NCBI GenBank assembly: GCA_050287085.1
Contig: JBNKBE010000014.1
Location: 113,109 to 177,108 of the forward strand
Direction of reading: 5' to 3'
Source of the DNA: Polyangiaceae bacterium
GTDB taxonomy: Bacteria > Myxococcota_A > Polyangia > Polyangiales > Polyangiaceae
Length of the DNA: 64,000 bases
Under the pieces are notes generated by a model, which saw nothing but the letters and a program-made list of their open reading frames with translations, was not told the DNA's origin and searched no databases. Within the stretch, counting starts at the first letter, position 1, and the number at the start of each line of letters is the position of its first letter. Below, in pieces: positions 1 to 8,724 of this stretch. Position numbers and translations under genes: made by a program.

Positions 1-23
1 CCTCAAGAAAGGACATAAACAAC

Positions 24-263
24 ATGGAAAACAACAAGATGAAGATTGCCTACGTCGTGACCGAGCGCAATGGACGCAGCTTCTGGAACCGCTGCGGGGT
101 CGCTTTCGTCAACGGCGATGGCTCGCTCAACGTCAAGCTCGAATCGATCCCCGTCAGTGGTGAGCTGCAGATTCGCGACTACGTCCCGCGCGAAGATGCC
201 GTCCCGCCAATTCGGAACACCTACGGCCACAATGAGCCCTTCCTGGCAGAGGCTGCTGGTTAA
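24..263 (+). CDS. small hypothetical beta-rich protein (FWNRCGVAFVNGDGSLNVKLESIP motif), DUF736-like
   Basis: 79-aa ORF with SD-like AAGGA upstream; W-x-R-x-G-x-A-F-x-N-x-D-G-S motif; 3 nt before comEA. Confidence 0.7.
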   Translation: MENNKMKIAYVVTERNGRSFWNRCGVAFVNGDGSLNVKLESIPVSGELQIRDYVPREDAVPPIRNTYGHNEPFLAEAAG

Positions 264-266
264 GCC

Positions 267-977
267 ATGACACAACAGGCTCCAGTCCCCGACCGTGCGG
301 ACACCTCGCCGGTGCCCAAGCCGGTTTCGGAATATGCGCAGATATGGAAGCCTCTGGTGCTCCGGGGGCTGGGGCTCGTGGTCGGAGCGTTCAGCCTCAC
401 CGCGGTTGGCTTGCTGAATGCGAGCGACGCAGGCACCGCTCTCGAGTCAGTTCAGACAAACCTGACCACCGCTGGCTGGGTTAGCGCCTCGAGCACTGCC
501 CCACCGCGACCGAGCGCGTCGCCGGAGGCAACCGCAAACGCTATGGTAGCGACGCCCGCCTCGTCCGTTGGAGGCGACACGCCACGAAGGTCGCCGTGTG
601 ACCCCGCGACATCGGAGGGGGCGGCGCGAACCCCCACCGACTCCACAGGCACGACGCGACCGGACGAGTCTCGCAACTCGGAGGGCTCCGTCACCGGCGC
701 TCCGCCAACTGTAGGCATTACCGTCGACGGCAAAGTCGTACTCAACGTGGCCAGCGCCGAAGAGCTGACGCGACTTCCGGGCGTGGGGTTCAAACGAGCG
801 ACTCGCATCGTTCAACTGAGGTCGCGCCTGAAGCGCTTCCGCCACATCAGCGACTTGCTGCGCATCCGTGGGATCGGCCCAAAGAGTCTCGCCAAGATGA
901 AACCGCACCTCATACTCGAGCCGCCACCGCAGCCCGCTGCCACCCCGGCTGACCCAACCCCGCCCACTTCCGGCTGA
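267..977 (+). CDS. comEA: ComEA-family helix-hairpin-helix DNA-binding protein
   Basis: N-terminal TM segment, Pro/Ser/Thr linker, C-terminal VLNVASAEELTRLPGVG...LLRIRGIGPK double HhH. Confidence 0.85.
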   Translation: MTQQAPVPDRADTSPVPKPVSEYAQIWKPLVLRGLGLVVGAFSLTAVGLLNASDAGTALESVQTNLTTAGWVSASSTAPPRPSASPEATANAMVATPASSVGGDTPRRSPCDPATSEGAARTPTDSTGTTRPDESRNSEGSVTGAPPTVGITVDGKVVLNVASAEELTRLPGVGFKRATRIVQLRSRLKRFRHISDLLRIRGIGPKSLAKMKPHLILEPPPQPAATPADPTPPTSG

Positions 978-1044
978 GGCTTTTTGCCCGCCGATGCCAA
1001 TTGTCACTCGCCCTCACACCCGTTTGTGAGTTACTTCGAGCGAT

Positions 1045-2304
1045 GTGAGTCGCAGTTTCTACGCGTTCATTGCCACCCAGTTGCTCGGTGCCTTCAACGA
1101 CAATCTGTTCAAGCAGCTAATCCTCTTCCTAGCGGCAAGTATTCTCTTTCCGGGCGTCGATAAGCAAGGCCTGGCGTTTGCAGTATTCGCCCTTCCATTC
1201 GTGCTCTTCAGCGGGCTCGCCGGAGACCTGAGCGAGCGATATAGCAAACAGAAGATCATGGTGGCCATGAAGTGGCTCGAAATCGTGATCATGCTGCTGG
1301 GGGCGGTGGCTCTCCAATCGAAGGATTGGAACCTGATGCTGCTGGTACTGTTCGTAATGGGCGCACAGTCGGCGTTTTTCGGTCCCGCCAAGTACGGTGC
1401 GATTCCGGAAATGGTCAAACCGAAGGACCTCATCCGTGCCAACGGCGCGGTAACGATGACGACGTTCATTGCGGTGCTTGCTGGTGGGGCCTTGGCAGGA
1501 CCACTGCTCGACCGGATCGGCGACCGTCTGTGGCTGAGCGGCGTCGCGTGCATCGGGCTCGCGGTATTGGGTACGTTCACTGCCTCGCGCATTCAGCCGC
1601 TATCGGCAACCCGGCCGAACCACGTGGTAGCCACTAGCATCAGTCCACTGACCTGGCCGGCGGCGCTATTTTCAGGCCTCGCCTCGACGATTCGCAGGCT
1701 CTCGCGACGCCAGGGGTTGATGAGTATCGTCTTGCTGAACTCCCTGTACTACTTCAACGCGGGCGTCTTCAATCAAGCGGTTGTCGGCATGGGTGCCCCC
1801 GAGCTTCTCGACATCGGCGCTGGCAATCAGAAGCAACTTTCGGCCATTCTAGCGACACTATCGGTCTCGGTGGCAGTGGGTGCAGTCCTGACGCCAGCAC
1901 TGGCAAAACGCATTGCACCTGGCCGTTTGGTGATCGGGGGGGCGCTCCTCATGGCGCTAGCTCAAGGCTTGATGAATCTGGTGGCCACGGTCGTCACGAA
2001 AGACGCGGGCGCACTGCTGCTGATGCATCTGTGTGCTGCGACAACGGGGTTATTTGGCGCGGTGGTCGTTGTTCCCCTCGCGTCCTATCTGCAGTTCGCC
2101 CCGGAACCGGGCATGCGAGGCATGACGTTCGGGGTTACCAATTTCTTCAACTTCCTCTGCCTATTCCTCGCGGGGCTCTTCTACTTGGTGTTGCGAGGCA
2201 TGTTGGGCATCAGCCCCGCGATCGTACAAAGCGCAAGCGCCGTGTTCCTCATCGCAGGACTCGGCGCGTGGCGCCGTCGTATCAGCGCCATCAACTTTGC
2301 TTGA
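1045..2304 (+). CDS. MFS transporter, LplT/Aas-like lysophospholipid transporter family
   Basis: TQLLGAFNDNLFK and QSAFFGPAKYGAIPE motifs; about 12 hydrophobic segments. Confidence 0.8.
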   Translation: MSRSFYAFIATQLLGAFNDNLFKQLILFLAASILFPGVDKQGLAFAVFALPFVLFSGLAGDLSERYSKQKIMVAMKWLEIVIMLLGAVALQSKDWNLMLLVLFVMGAQSAFFGPAKYGAIPEMVKPKDLIRANGAVTMTTFIAVLAGGALAGPLLDRIGDRLWLSGVACIGLAVLGTFTASRIQPLSATRPNHVVATSISPLTWPAALFSGLASTIRRLSRRQGLMSIVLLNSLYYFNAGVFNQAVVGMGAPELLDIGAGNQKQLSAILATLSVSVAVGAVLTPALAKRIAPGRLVIGGALLMALAQGLMNLVATVVTKDAGALLLMHLCAATTGLFGAVVVVPLASYLQFAPEPGMRGMTFGVTNFFNFLCLFLAGLFYLVLRGMLGISPAIVQSASAVFLIAGLGAWRRRISAINFA

Positions 2305-2435
2305 GCCCCTGCGCGTCTGAAAAAGCGCCTTCGAGGCTCAAGCCGTTCTCCGTTTGACGGGCGTCGATGTGCGCGCTGCGCCGTGCTTGCCGCTGCGCCG
2401 CGCTCGCCGCTGCGCCGTGCTTGCGCCTGGGAAGC

Positions 2436-3701
2436 TCAATCTCGCAAGATCAGTTGATCCCGCTCTGGCCCCACAGAAACGAAGCGAATGGGACACCCGA
2501 TGAGCTCTTCGATGCGAAGAACGTACGCCTGTGCTTCGCTCGGCAGCGCGGCAAAGTCTCGACAAGCCGTAATGTCGGCGTCCCAACCCGGCATCGCTTC
2601 ATAAACCGGCTCGGCACGCTGGAGCTCGCTCGTAAGCGGAAACGTCGTCGCTTCCGTCTCGCCCACGCGATACGCGTGACAGATCTTCAACTCGCGTCGC
2701 CCGGACAAGCTGTCCAGTTTCGTGAGTGCCACCTCTGTGGCGCCTTGGACTTGTACGCCGTAACGTGACGCCACCGCATCAAAGTGCCCGATCGAGCGCG
2801 GGCGCCCCGTCGTCGCGCCGTATTCCTGGGCCGTCTCACGAAGATCGCTCGCTTCGCTTTCGTCCATACGCGCAACAAAAGGTCCTTCACCAACACAGGT
2901 AGAAAACGCCTTCATCACACCCACGACGCGATCAACACCGTGTCCGAACAAGCCTGCGCCGATAGGCGCAAACTCGGCGAGACAACACGACGATGTCGTG
3001 TAGGGGTAGATGCCGTAGTGGATGTCGCGCAGGGCGCCCAGCTGAGCCTCCAGCAGGATATCCTTGCCCTCGCGTGCCGCCGAAGTGAGCAGCTGCGTCG
3101 TGTTGGTGATTCGATTTCCGATACGCGCCAGCTGCTCTCGAGCCCAAGCCGCCGTTTCTTCGACGCTCACCGCTGGCTGGCCATAGATGTTGACGATACG
3201 AAGATTGGCCCATTCGACAGCAGCCGCCACGGCCGCCTCAGGATCGCGCACGAGCTCACCCAGCAGCACCCCCTTCTTCAGGTAGAAGTCGCCATAGGCG
3301 GGCGCTATTCCGTTTTTGGTCGAACCGTATTTGCGATCCGCAAGGCGCGCTTCTTCGAGGCTATCAAGCTGCTTGTGATAGGGAAAGCAGACCGTGGCTC
3401 GCTCGGAAACGACGAGGTTTTCGGTGCTCACGCCCCTCGCCTCCAACTCCTCCAACTCGGCGGCTAGACCCGCCAAGTCGATGACCACGCCTGGACCGAG
3501 CACGTTCAGCACGTCCTTGCGAAAGATCCCCGAGGGCACCAAGTGCAACGCGAACTTGCCCGCCTCATTGACAACGGTGTGTCCGGCGTTGTTGCCCCCC
3601 TGGTAGCGAACGACCACCGAGGCGTGGCGACTGAGGTAGTCCACCATCCGACCTTTGCCCTCGTCACCCCAGTTCACTCCACACACGACTGTCACTGACA
3701 T
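2436..3701 (-). CDS. purA: adenylosuccinate synthetase
   Basis: WGDEGKG P-loop, QGGNNAGHT, EYGATTGRPR, TKLD, SVGPERDQ; AGGAG SD upstream. Confidence 0.97.
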   Translation of the reverse strand: MSVTVVCGVNWGDEGKGRMVDYLSRHASVVVRYQGGNNAGHTVVNEAGKFALHLVPSGIFRKDVLNVLGPGVVIDLAGLAAELEELEARGVSTENLVVSERATVCFPYHKQLDSLEEARLADRKYGSTKNGIAPAYGDFYLKKGVLLGELVRDPEAAVAAAVEWANLRIVNIYGQPAVSVEETAAWAREQLARIGNRITNTTQLLTSAAREGKDILLEAQLGALRDIHYGIYPYTTSSCCLAEFAPIGAGLFGHGVDRVVGVMKAFSTCVGEGPFVARMDESEASDLRETAQEYGATTGRPRSIGHFDAVASRYGVQVQGATEVALTKLDSLSGRRELKICHAYRVGETEATTFPLTSELQRAEPVYEAMPGWDADITACRDFAALPSEAQAYVLRIEELIGCPIRFVSVGPERDQLILRD

Positions 3702-4176
3702 GGTATTAAGCTCCTAGCATCGCCCAGCCGGTTCACTGGCCGGGCACAAACGGCGCGGACGCTATCACGGGGCCACCTGGGCTGGGCGGATAAACAACCG
3801 CTTCTCCTCGCCACCCGGCCCGTGCGCCCGTCGCTCTCGCAAGCGGTCAGCCGCCCATCCACCCAACGGCGCGGTTGCGGCGTAGTCTGCGTGCGGTCTC
3901 AGGGCGCACAGTGACACTGAATTCGAACGGTGCGCCGGTTATGCCCACGCATACCTGATGCAACAAGGCTATCGGGACGCTCCGCTAGCACCATCCATGA
4001 GACAAGGTAGAGCCCGCTGCCCCCCTGGGAGCGCGCCACTTCGGGTCAACCCCAACAATCTCCACCTGACGACTTGTTCTGAAATTCGTCCAATGCTCCT
4101 ATGGGAAAGGCCTGGAAATGCCGTAATGCATGCGCGCACTGCGGCTTCCGTTCTAGACTCGCAAATAGATAGACCA

Positions 4177-5067
4177 ATGGACCGCGTCGACACCCCTCCT
4201 GATCTCGAGCATCTTCTCGCGCTTGGGCTCGAGCACTACGGACGACGAGAGATCGCAGAAGCCATCACTTGTTGGCGCCGAGTTCTCGCTATCGATCCAA
4301 CCCATGCCGGAGCGCGTGACTACCTGGAAGCCGCCGGCGCGGACCCTGAACGGGGCATCCCCTCGGGGACACGCCACGCAGGTCAGGTAATTCATATCGA
4401 AACGGCTAGGGCACAACGGGGAGAAGGCAACGATGGCAAACGTGGTCGAGCCGTCGATGCCCCGGAGAGATCCGTGCATCCGGATGGTCCTGCGGCGCAG
4501 CGCGAGCTCGAGCAGTTGCTTGCGAACCGTAGGTTCGAGGAGGCCCTCACGCATCTGTACGCGGCCCGCAGCCGCCACCCGAATACGGCGTCCATTTCGC
4601 GAGGGATCCGGCTGGTCCGGGAAAAGCTGATCTCGATGTACGCTCAGAAGCTCGGAAGCCTCGATGTAGTGCCGCGCCGTACCGCGCGTGCCGCAGCCGA
4701 GGTCGACTGCGACTCGCTGCAGGTGCTTCCTCTTGTCGATGGCATTTCCTCATTTGAGGATATTCTTGCATCTTGTACATTGGGGCGCTGGGCCGCGCTC
4801 CGAACGCTCTGCCAGCTCCGGGAGCGCGGCGCCCTCACCTGTGCACCCGAGATACGCCCCATGCCTGCGCTGGTCCCCGCGAGTTCCAGACGGCCGAGCA
4901 CCCCGCCGAACGACTACGAAGTCCGATTTCAAGCCGCAACGCGCGCATACTTAGCGCGCGACTACGACCTGGCCGTACGCCTATTTGAAGAATGCGTCGC
5001 CATGAACCCTGCAGATACGCGAGCGCGGTATAACCTGCAGGCGTTGCAACGCCGCAAGAGGAGCTGA
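4177..5067 (+). CDS. TPR-repeat protein with central myxobacterial-type winged-helix-like domain
   Basis: TPR-like AITCWRRVLAIDP and AVRLFEECVAMNPAD; LVDGISSFEDIL...ALRTLCQLRERGAL wHTH-like segment; start moved from 3958 to in-frame ATG 4177 (uncertain). Confidence 0.7.
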   Translation: MDRVDTPPDLEHLLALGLEHYGRREIAEAITCWRRVLAIDPTHAGARDYLEAAGADPERGIPSGTRHAGQVIHIETARAQRGEGNDGKRGRAVDAPERSVHPDGPAAQRELEQLLANRRFEEALTHLYAARSRHPNTASISRGIRLVREKLISMYAQKLGSLDVVPRRTARAAAEVDCDSLQVLPLVDGISSFEDILASCTLGRWAALRTLCQLRERGALTCAPEIRPMPALVPASSRRPSTPPNDYEVRFQAATRAYLARDYDLAVRLFEECVAMNPADTRARYNLQALQRRKRS

Positions 5068-5873
5068 TGAAGGTACTTGCTGTTGTCAGTCAGAAGGGGG
5101 GCGTCGGGAAGACGACGCTTGCCCTAAACGTCGCGTATGCGTTGGCCAACCGTGGACTTCGAACAATCCTGATGGATACCGATCCCCAGGGTGCTGTCGG
5201 GTTATCCTTGGACAACATTTCCGCCTCCGAAGGGACCGTCGGCTGTATCCTACGCAGCGCACCGCCGCGAGCCGCGCTGCTGACCACGCGGCTACCGGAG
5301 CTGAGCATTCTTCCCTTTGGCAATGCGACCCCCGGAGAGGCGGCGAAGTTTCATAGCCAAGTCGAGGACGGGGGGGCGCTCACGCAACTGGTCGCGAGCG
5401 TCGCTGACAAGGCGGATGTCGTGATCATCGATACCCCGTCCGGTCTTTCAGGCAGTACGCTCGGTGCCCTGCGAACGGCTGACAGCGCGATATCGCCGCT
5501 GCAGGCCGAACCGCTTGCGATGCGCAGCCTTCCTCAGCTGCTTGGAACCATTGCGGAACTACGGGAGAGCGGTCACCGTATTGAGTTGGTTGGTCTGGTG
5601 CTCAGCATGCTTCAGCAGCGCCAAGAGTCTTCTCTCTCTGTGGCCGAAGAGGCGTGGAAGCGACTACCGGGCGACCTTGTGTTGGAAACGACGCTGCCAC
5701 GCGATCCAAGCGTGCTCGACGCCAGCGCACTAGGACTGCCGCTGGGGCTCGTGAGCCGTCTGCGCCCCCCGCCCATCGCTCTGGTTTTCGAACAGTTGGC
5801 CCTCGAATTGATACCGCGCCTGGAGCTTGCTCCGAACGGTGCTGAGGAGGCCCCAGTTGGCCTTTTTGCCTGA
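5067..5873 (+). CDS. ParA/Soj/MinD-family ATPase (orphan)
   Basis: Deviant Walker A QKGGVGKTT, Walker A' DTDPQG, Walker B IIDTP; 1-nt TGATG overlap with upstream gene. Confidence 0.92.
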   Translation: MKVLAVVSQKGGVGKTTLALNVAYALANRGLRTILMDTDPQGAVGLSLDNISASEGTVGCILRSAPPRAALLTTRLPELSILPFGNATPGEAAKFHSQVEDGGALTQLVASVADKADVVIIDTPSGLSGSTLGALRTADSAISPLQAEPLAMRSLPQLLGTIAELRESGHRIELVGLVLSMLQQRQESSLSVAEEAWKRLPGDLVLETTLPRDPSVLDASALGLPLGLVSRLRPPPIALVFEQLALELIPRLELAPNGAEEAPVGLFA

Positions 5874-6432
5874 CGATCCCACTCTTAAACGGGTTCTCCA
5901 GCGGCTTCGCGCGCCAGCCGGCCCTGGCAAGCCACCTCGCTCCAGGGCCGACGACGAGGGCAACGCCCCGGAAGTTGCTCTCTCCCGCTCCGTGAGCGAC
6001 ACGCCTCCGTCGGCACAAGTGGCTCCCCCTCCCTCCCTCTTTCCGTTGGCTGACCTTTCGGCGCGTTTGGAGTCCGCAAGCAGTATGGAAGGACGCCTGT
6101 CCGTGGTGGCGGAATGGCTGGAACAGAGCACCGACGCCAACGCAGCGTTCATCGCGGACGCCGAGGGACTGCCGCTGACCGAAACACGCGCGACCGACCA
6201 AGTGGTGGCAGCGGCGGGAGCTGTACGCGAGGCCTTGGCTGGACTGCGGTCGATGATCCCTGATGCCGGTGCTGGCGTTATTCGCATGGAATTGGGCGAC
6301 GGAAACAAACTGGAACTATGCGAGTTCCGCTCCCCCTTGGGCACCCTATTTGTTGGACTGATCGGGGCCAGACGGAACCTCGATGAATGGCAGACCTGGT
6401 TAGGTCGAGCCTTCTCGCTCGCCGTCGGCTGA
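5857..6432 (+). CDS. roadblock/LC7 (MglB-like) domain protein with N-terminal basic peptide and Pro-rich linker
   Basis: GAGGAGG SD 6 nt before in-frame TTG 5857; AFIADAEGLPL is the typical roadblock beta1-beta2 (D-x-x-G) hairpin followed by a helix and further strands. Confidence 0.65.
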   Translation: MAFLPDDPTLKRVLQRLRAPAGPGKPPRSRADDEGNAPEVALSRSVSDTPPSAQVAPPPSLFPLADLSARLESASSMEGRLSVVAEWLEQSTDANAAFIADAEGLPLTETRATDQVVAAAGAVREALAGLRSMIPDAGAGVIRMELGDGNKLELCEFRSPLGTLFVGLIGARRNLDEWQTWLGRAFSLAVG

Positions 6433-6433
6433 C

Positions 6434-7048
6434 GTGAGCGAGCGGAACACTGGAGGAGAAGTGACTGTAAGCAGTGAAGCAGTATTGCACCAAGCCCTTG
6501 AGGCCGTGCCATCTTTGAAGGCGGTCTTCGTAACGGCGATGCCCGACTGTCTGCTCTTCCTTTCCTGGGAGCGAGACGGACAAGGCACAGCGGCAGAGGA
6601 CATCGCAGCGTATTTTGGTGATTTGATCCGAGCCAATCGTCAGGGCCTCAAAGCTCTGGGCACCTGGTCGGAAGAGATGCACGTCACCATCGAGGCCGAC
6701 CAAGCACTCGTCGTCTTGCGCGAGCTCGGAACGGATTTCGTCGTAAGCTTCGTATTCGATCGCGCCTCTCCCCTCGGTATGATCCGACTGAATGTGAGGC
6801 AGCTGGTGACGTTGATGCATAGCCACCTGCCCAAGGTCGAAGCAACAGAACGTCCGCGAGCCATCCGAGTGATCGAGTTCCTTCTGCGCTACGCACCTGA
6901 CCCTCACATGGCGCTGCAGCGTGTCGCGCTCAGAACCGGAGTCGAGTTGGAACGACTGGAACGCCCAGAAGGCCTTGAAAGCGACGAAACCTCACTGATC
7001 GAGCAGGCGACCTGCGACATTCTGGGACTAGAGAGCCTAGGGCTGTAA
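6434..7048 (+). CDS. roadblock/LC7-like domain protein with C-terminal helical extension
   Basis: helix-beta-beta-helix-beta-beta-beta-helix pattern ending SPLGMIRLNVRQL (cf. roadblock NLGxxRL); alternative GTG 6461 after GGAGG. Confidence 0.6.
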   Translation: MSERNTGGEVTVSSEAVLHQALEAVPSLKAVFVTAMPDCLLFLSWERDGQGTAAEDIAAYFGDLIRANRQGLKALGTWSEEMHVTIEADQALVVLRELGTDFVVSFVFDRASPLGMIRLNVRQLVTLMHSHLPKVEATERPRAIRVIEFLLRYAPDPHMALQRVALRTGVELERLERPEGLESDETSLIEQATCDILGLESLGL

Positions 7049-7058
7049 GGGAGAAATC

Positions 7059-8324
7059 ATGGACGCACTGGAGCTCGGTCCGCTTCGACGCTATCTCCTC
7101 GAACAAGAGTTGATGTTCTTGGCAGGGCAACCCGCAACCTACCACTGTCACCACTACAATCTCTTCCTCGATCAAACCATCGACGATGCCCTCGGCGTGG
7201 CAGACGCGACTCGACTCAAGACTCGGGCAGCGCGGGAAGCCACTTACCCCCTCATCGCAAACGCCTGTGAGCATGTGGGTGCCTCCACGCCGGCGGAGCG
7301 AACGCAAGTGGCCACTGAGCTATTTCGACTGATGGGGCACGGCCGACTCGATGTGCTAGCCGGCCACGATCAGGGGTCGGCCAAAGGCGCGTTTCTTCAT
7401 TACAGCCATTCCTGGAATGAGAAATACGGCGCTAGCGTCCGGCGTCGCCACCCCGCTGACGCTTTCGCAAGCGGATTTATCTGCGCAGCTTCTGAGGTCG
7501 CCGAGGGACTGCCTTGCGGAACTCTGTGGGCTACCGAGGAGCGCTGTGCGGCTCTCAAAGAGCCCAATTGCTCGTTTGAACTCACGCGGGATCCAGAGCC
7601 GGAAGCGGCGCGTATCCACGTGGGAGAGGCCGAGACACAGAGCGTTGTTGGCCCCGCCGGCGACGGCGTCGGCGAAGACGTGATTCAGCCGATCGTAGCG
7701 GGCCTGAAGGCCTTCACCGCCACGGTCAGCGGCGACGCGCGCGGACTCATTCCCGCGTTCGGCGTGTTCGCAGCGATGCAGATGACGGGCTACTACAACC
7801 GCATCAGCTACGATGCTGTGGAAGAGGTGGCAAGAAGGTCTCCCGCATCGGTGCCGGTACTCGAATCGCTGCTGAGGGAATCCGGTCACGTCTGCGTCTA
7901 TCATACCTTCGGCGGGGTACTGCTGAGCCCTGAATGGGAGTCTCTCGTGGGGCCTCCTCAGGGTTCGCCACAGGACATCGTGGTCTGGTGCATGGCCATT
8001 GCGCGAGGCTTCGGTTTCGGGCGCTGGCAACTTGCTGAGTTCGAAGAGAACAGGCGGCTCGTATTGCGGACCTCGTCGTCCTACGAGTCCGTCTACTATC
8101 GAACGCGACACGGGCTTGCTCAACGCCCCGTTGAGTACCTGTGGCAGGGAGCAGCGGTGGCTACAGCGCAGCTCGCGCATAGCGTATCATGGAAGGACAA
8201 TCCAACCTTGAACGCCGAAAGCTACCAAGAGCTGTTCAAGCGCGGCATCAAGTGGAAGGCGGAACAGACCCAGGCGATAACAGCAGGGGACCCCGTCAGC
8301 GAAATTGTCGTAACGCGCGTTTGA
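7059..8324 (+). CDS. tandem V4R (4-vinyl reductase)-like domain protein
   Basis: Two repeats each with G-x-G-R/W strand (MGHGRL; FGFGRW) and V4R-like C-terminus (EERCAALKEPNCSFEL; degenerate EQTQAITAGDPVSEIVV); GGGAG SD. Confidence 0.7.
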   Translation: MDALELGPLRRYLLEQELMFLAGQPATYHCHHYNLFLDQTIDDALGVADATRLKTRAAREATYPLIANACEHVGASTPAERTQVATELFRLMGHGRLDVLAGHDQGSAKGAFLHYSHSWNEKYGASVRRRHPADAFASGFICAASEVAEGLPCGTLWATEERCAALKEPNCSFELTRDPEPEAARIHVGEAETQSVVGPAGDGVGEDVIQPIVAGLKAFTATVSGDARGLIPAFGVFAAMQMTGYYNRISYDAVEEVARRSPASVPVLESLLRESGHVCVYHTFGGVLLSPEWESLVGPPQGSPQDIVVWCMAIARGFGFGRWQLAEFEENRRLVLRTSSSYESVYYRTRHGLAQRPVEYLWQGAAVATAQLAHSVSWKDNPTLNAESYQELFKRGIKWKAEQTQAITAGDPVSEIVVTRV

Positions 8325-8340
8325 ACTGAGCGACACCGCC

Positions 8341-8703
8341 ATGGACGCTAGGTCACCCGGAGATAGCGACGACACCGACGTCCCGGACGACACCTGCGTC
8401 GCTTTTCGACTGGGGCGAAGTTGCTATCGGGCGCTGAGCTGGGAGGCTCATCTCCCAGTGCTGGCGCCGGAGTCGCTCACCACGGCGCTCCGGCTCGCGG
8501 GGTTTGCTCCCGTGCAAGCCCCCGCTTTCGGTGACAAGCTCCTGCAGTTCGAGACCGAAGCCGGGCACCGTCTGTTGTGGGTGCCCGCCAGCGGGCGCTG
8601 CCAGCTGCGCTTGTCGTATCTTACGCTTCCCCCAGACCGTGAGGCGGTAGCCAGGCAACTCGGTCAACGCCTGGGCCAAGTCATTGCCGAAGCGTCAGCG
8701 TAG
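8341..8703 (+). CDS. hypothetical protein, last gene of the ParA/roadblock/V4R operon
   Basis: 120-aa ORF 16 nt downstream of the V4R gene on the same strand. Confidence 0.55.
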   Translation: MDARSPGDSDDTDVPDDTCVAFRLGRSCYRALSWEAHLPVLAPESLTTALRLAGFAPVQAPAFGDKLLQFETEAGHRLLWVPASGRCQLRLSYLTLPPDREAVARQLGQRLGQVIAEASA

Positions 8704-8724
8704 TCCCGTTAGCGCCCCCTTGAT

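Noticed and set aside
2436..3701. PurZ (2-aminoadenine DNA pathway) instead of PurA
   Set aside because: The catalytic GDEGKG Asp is intact (PurZ has Ser there) and there are no phage, dATPase or polymerase neighbours
4100..4145. Cobalamin-riboswitch-like words (GGGAA...GC.ACTG) upstream of the ParA operon
   Set aside because: Conserved GGTG/AATCC elements, spacing and B12 box are not present
5067..5873. Chromosome or plasmid partition locus
   Set aside because: No parB, no recognisable parS palindrome and no replication genes nearby
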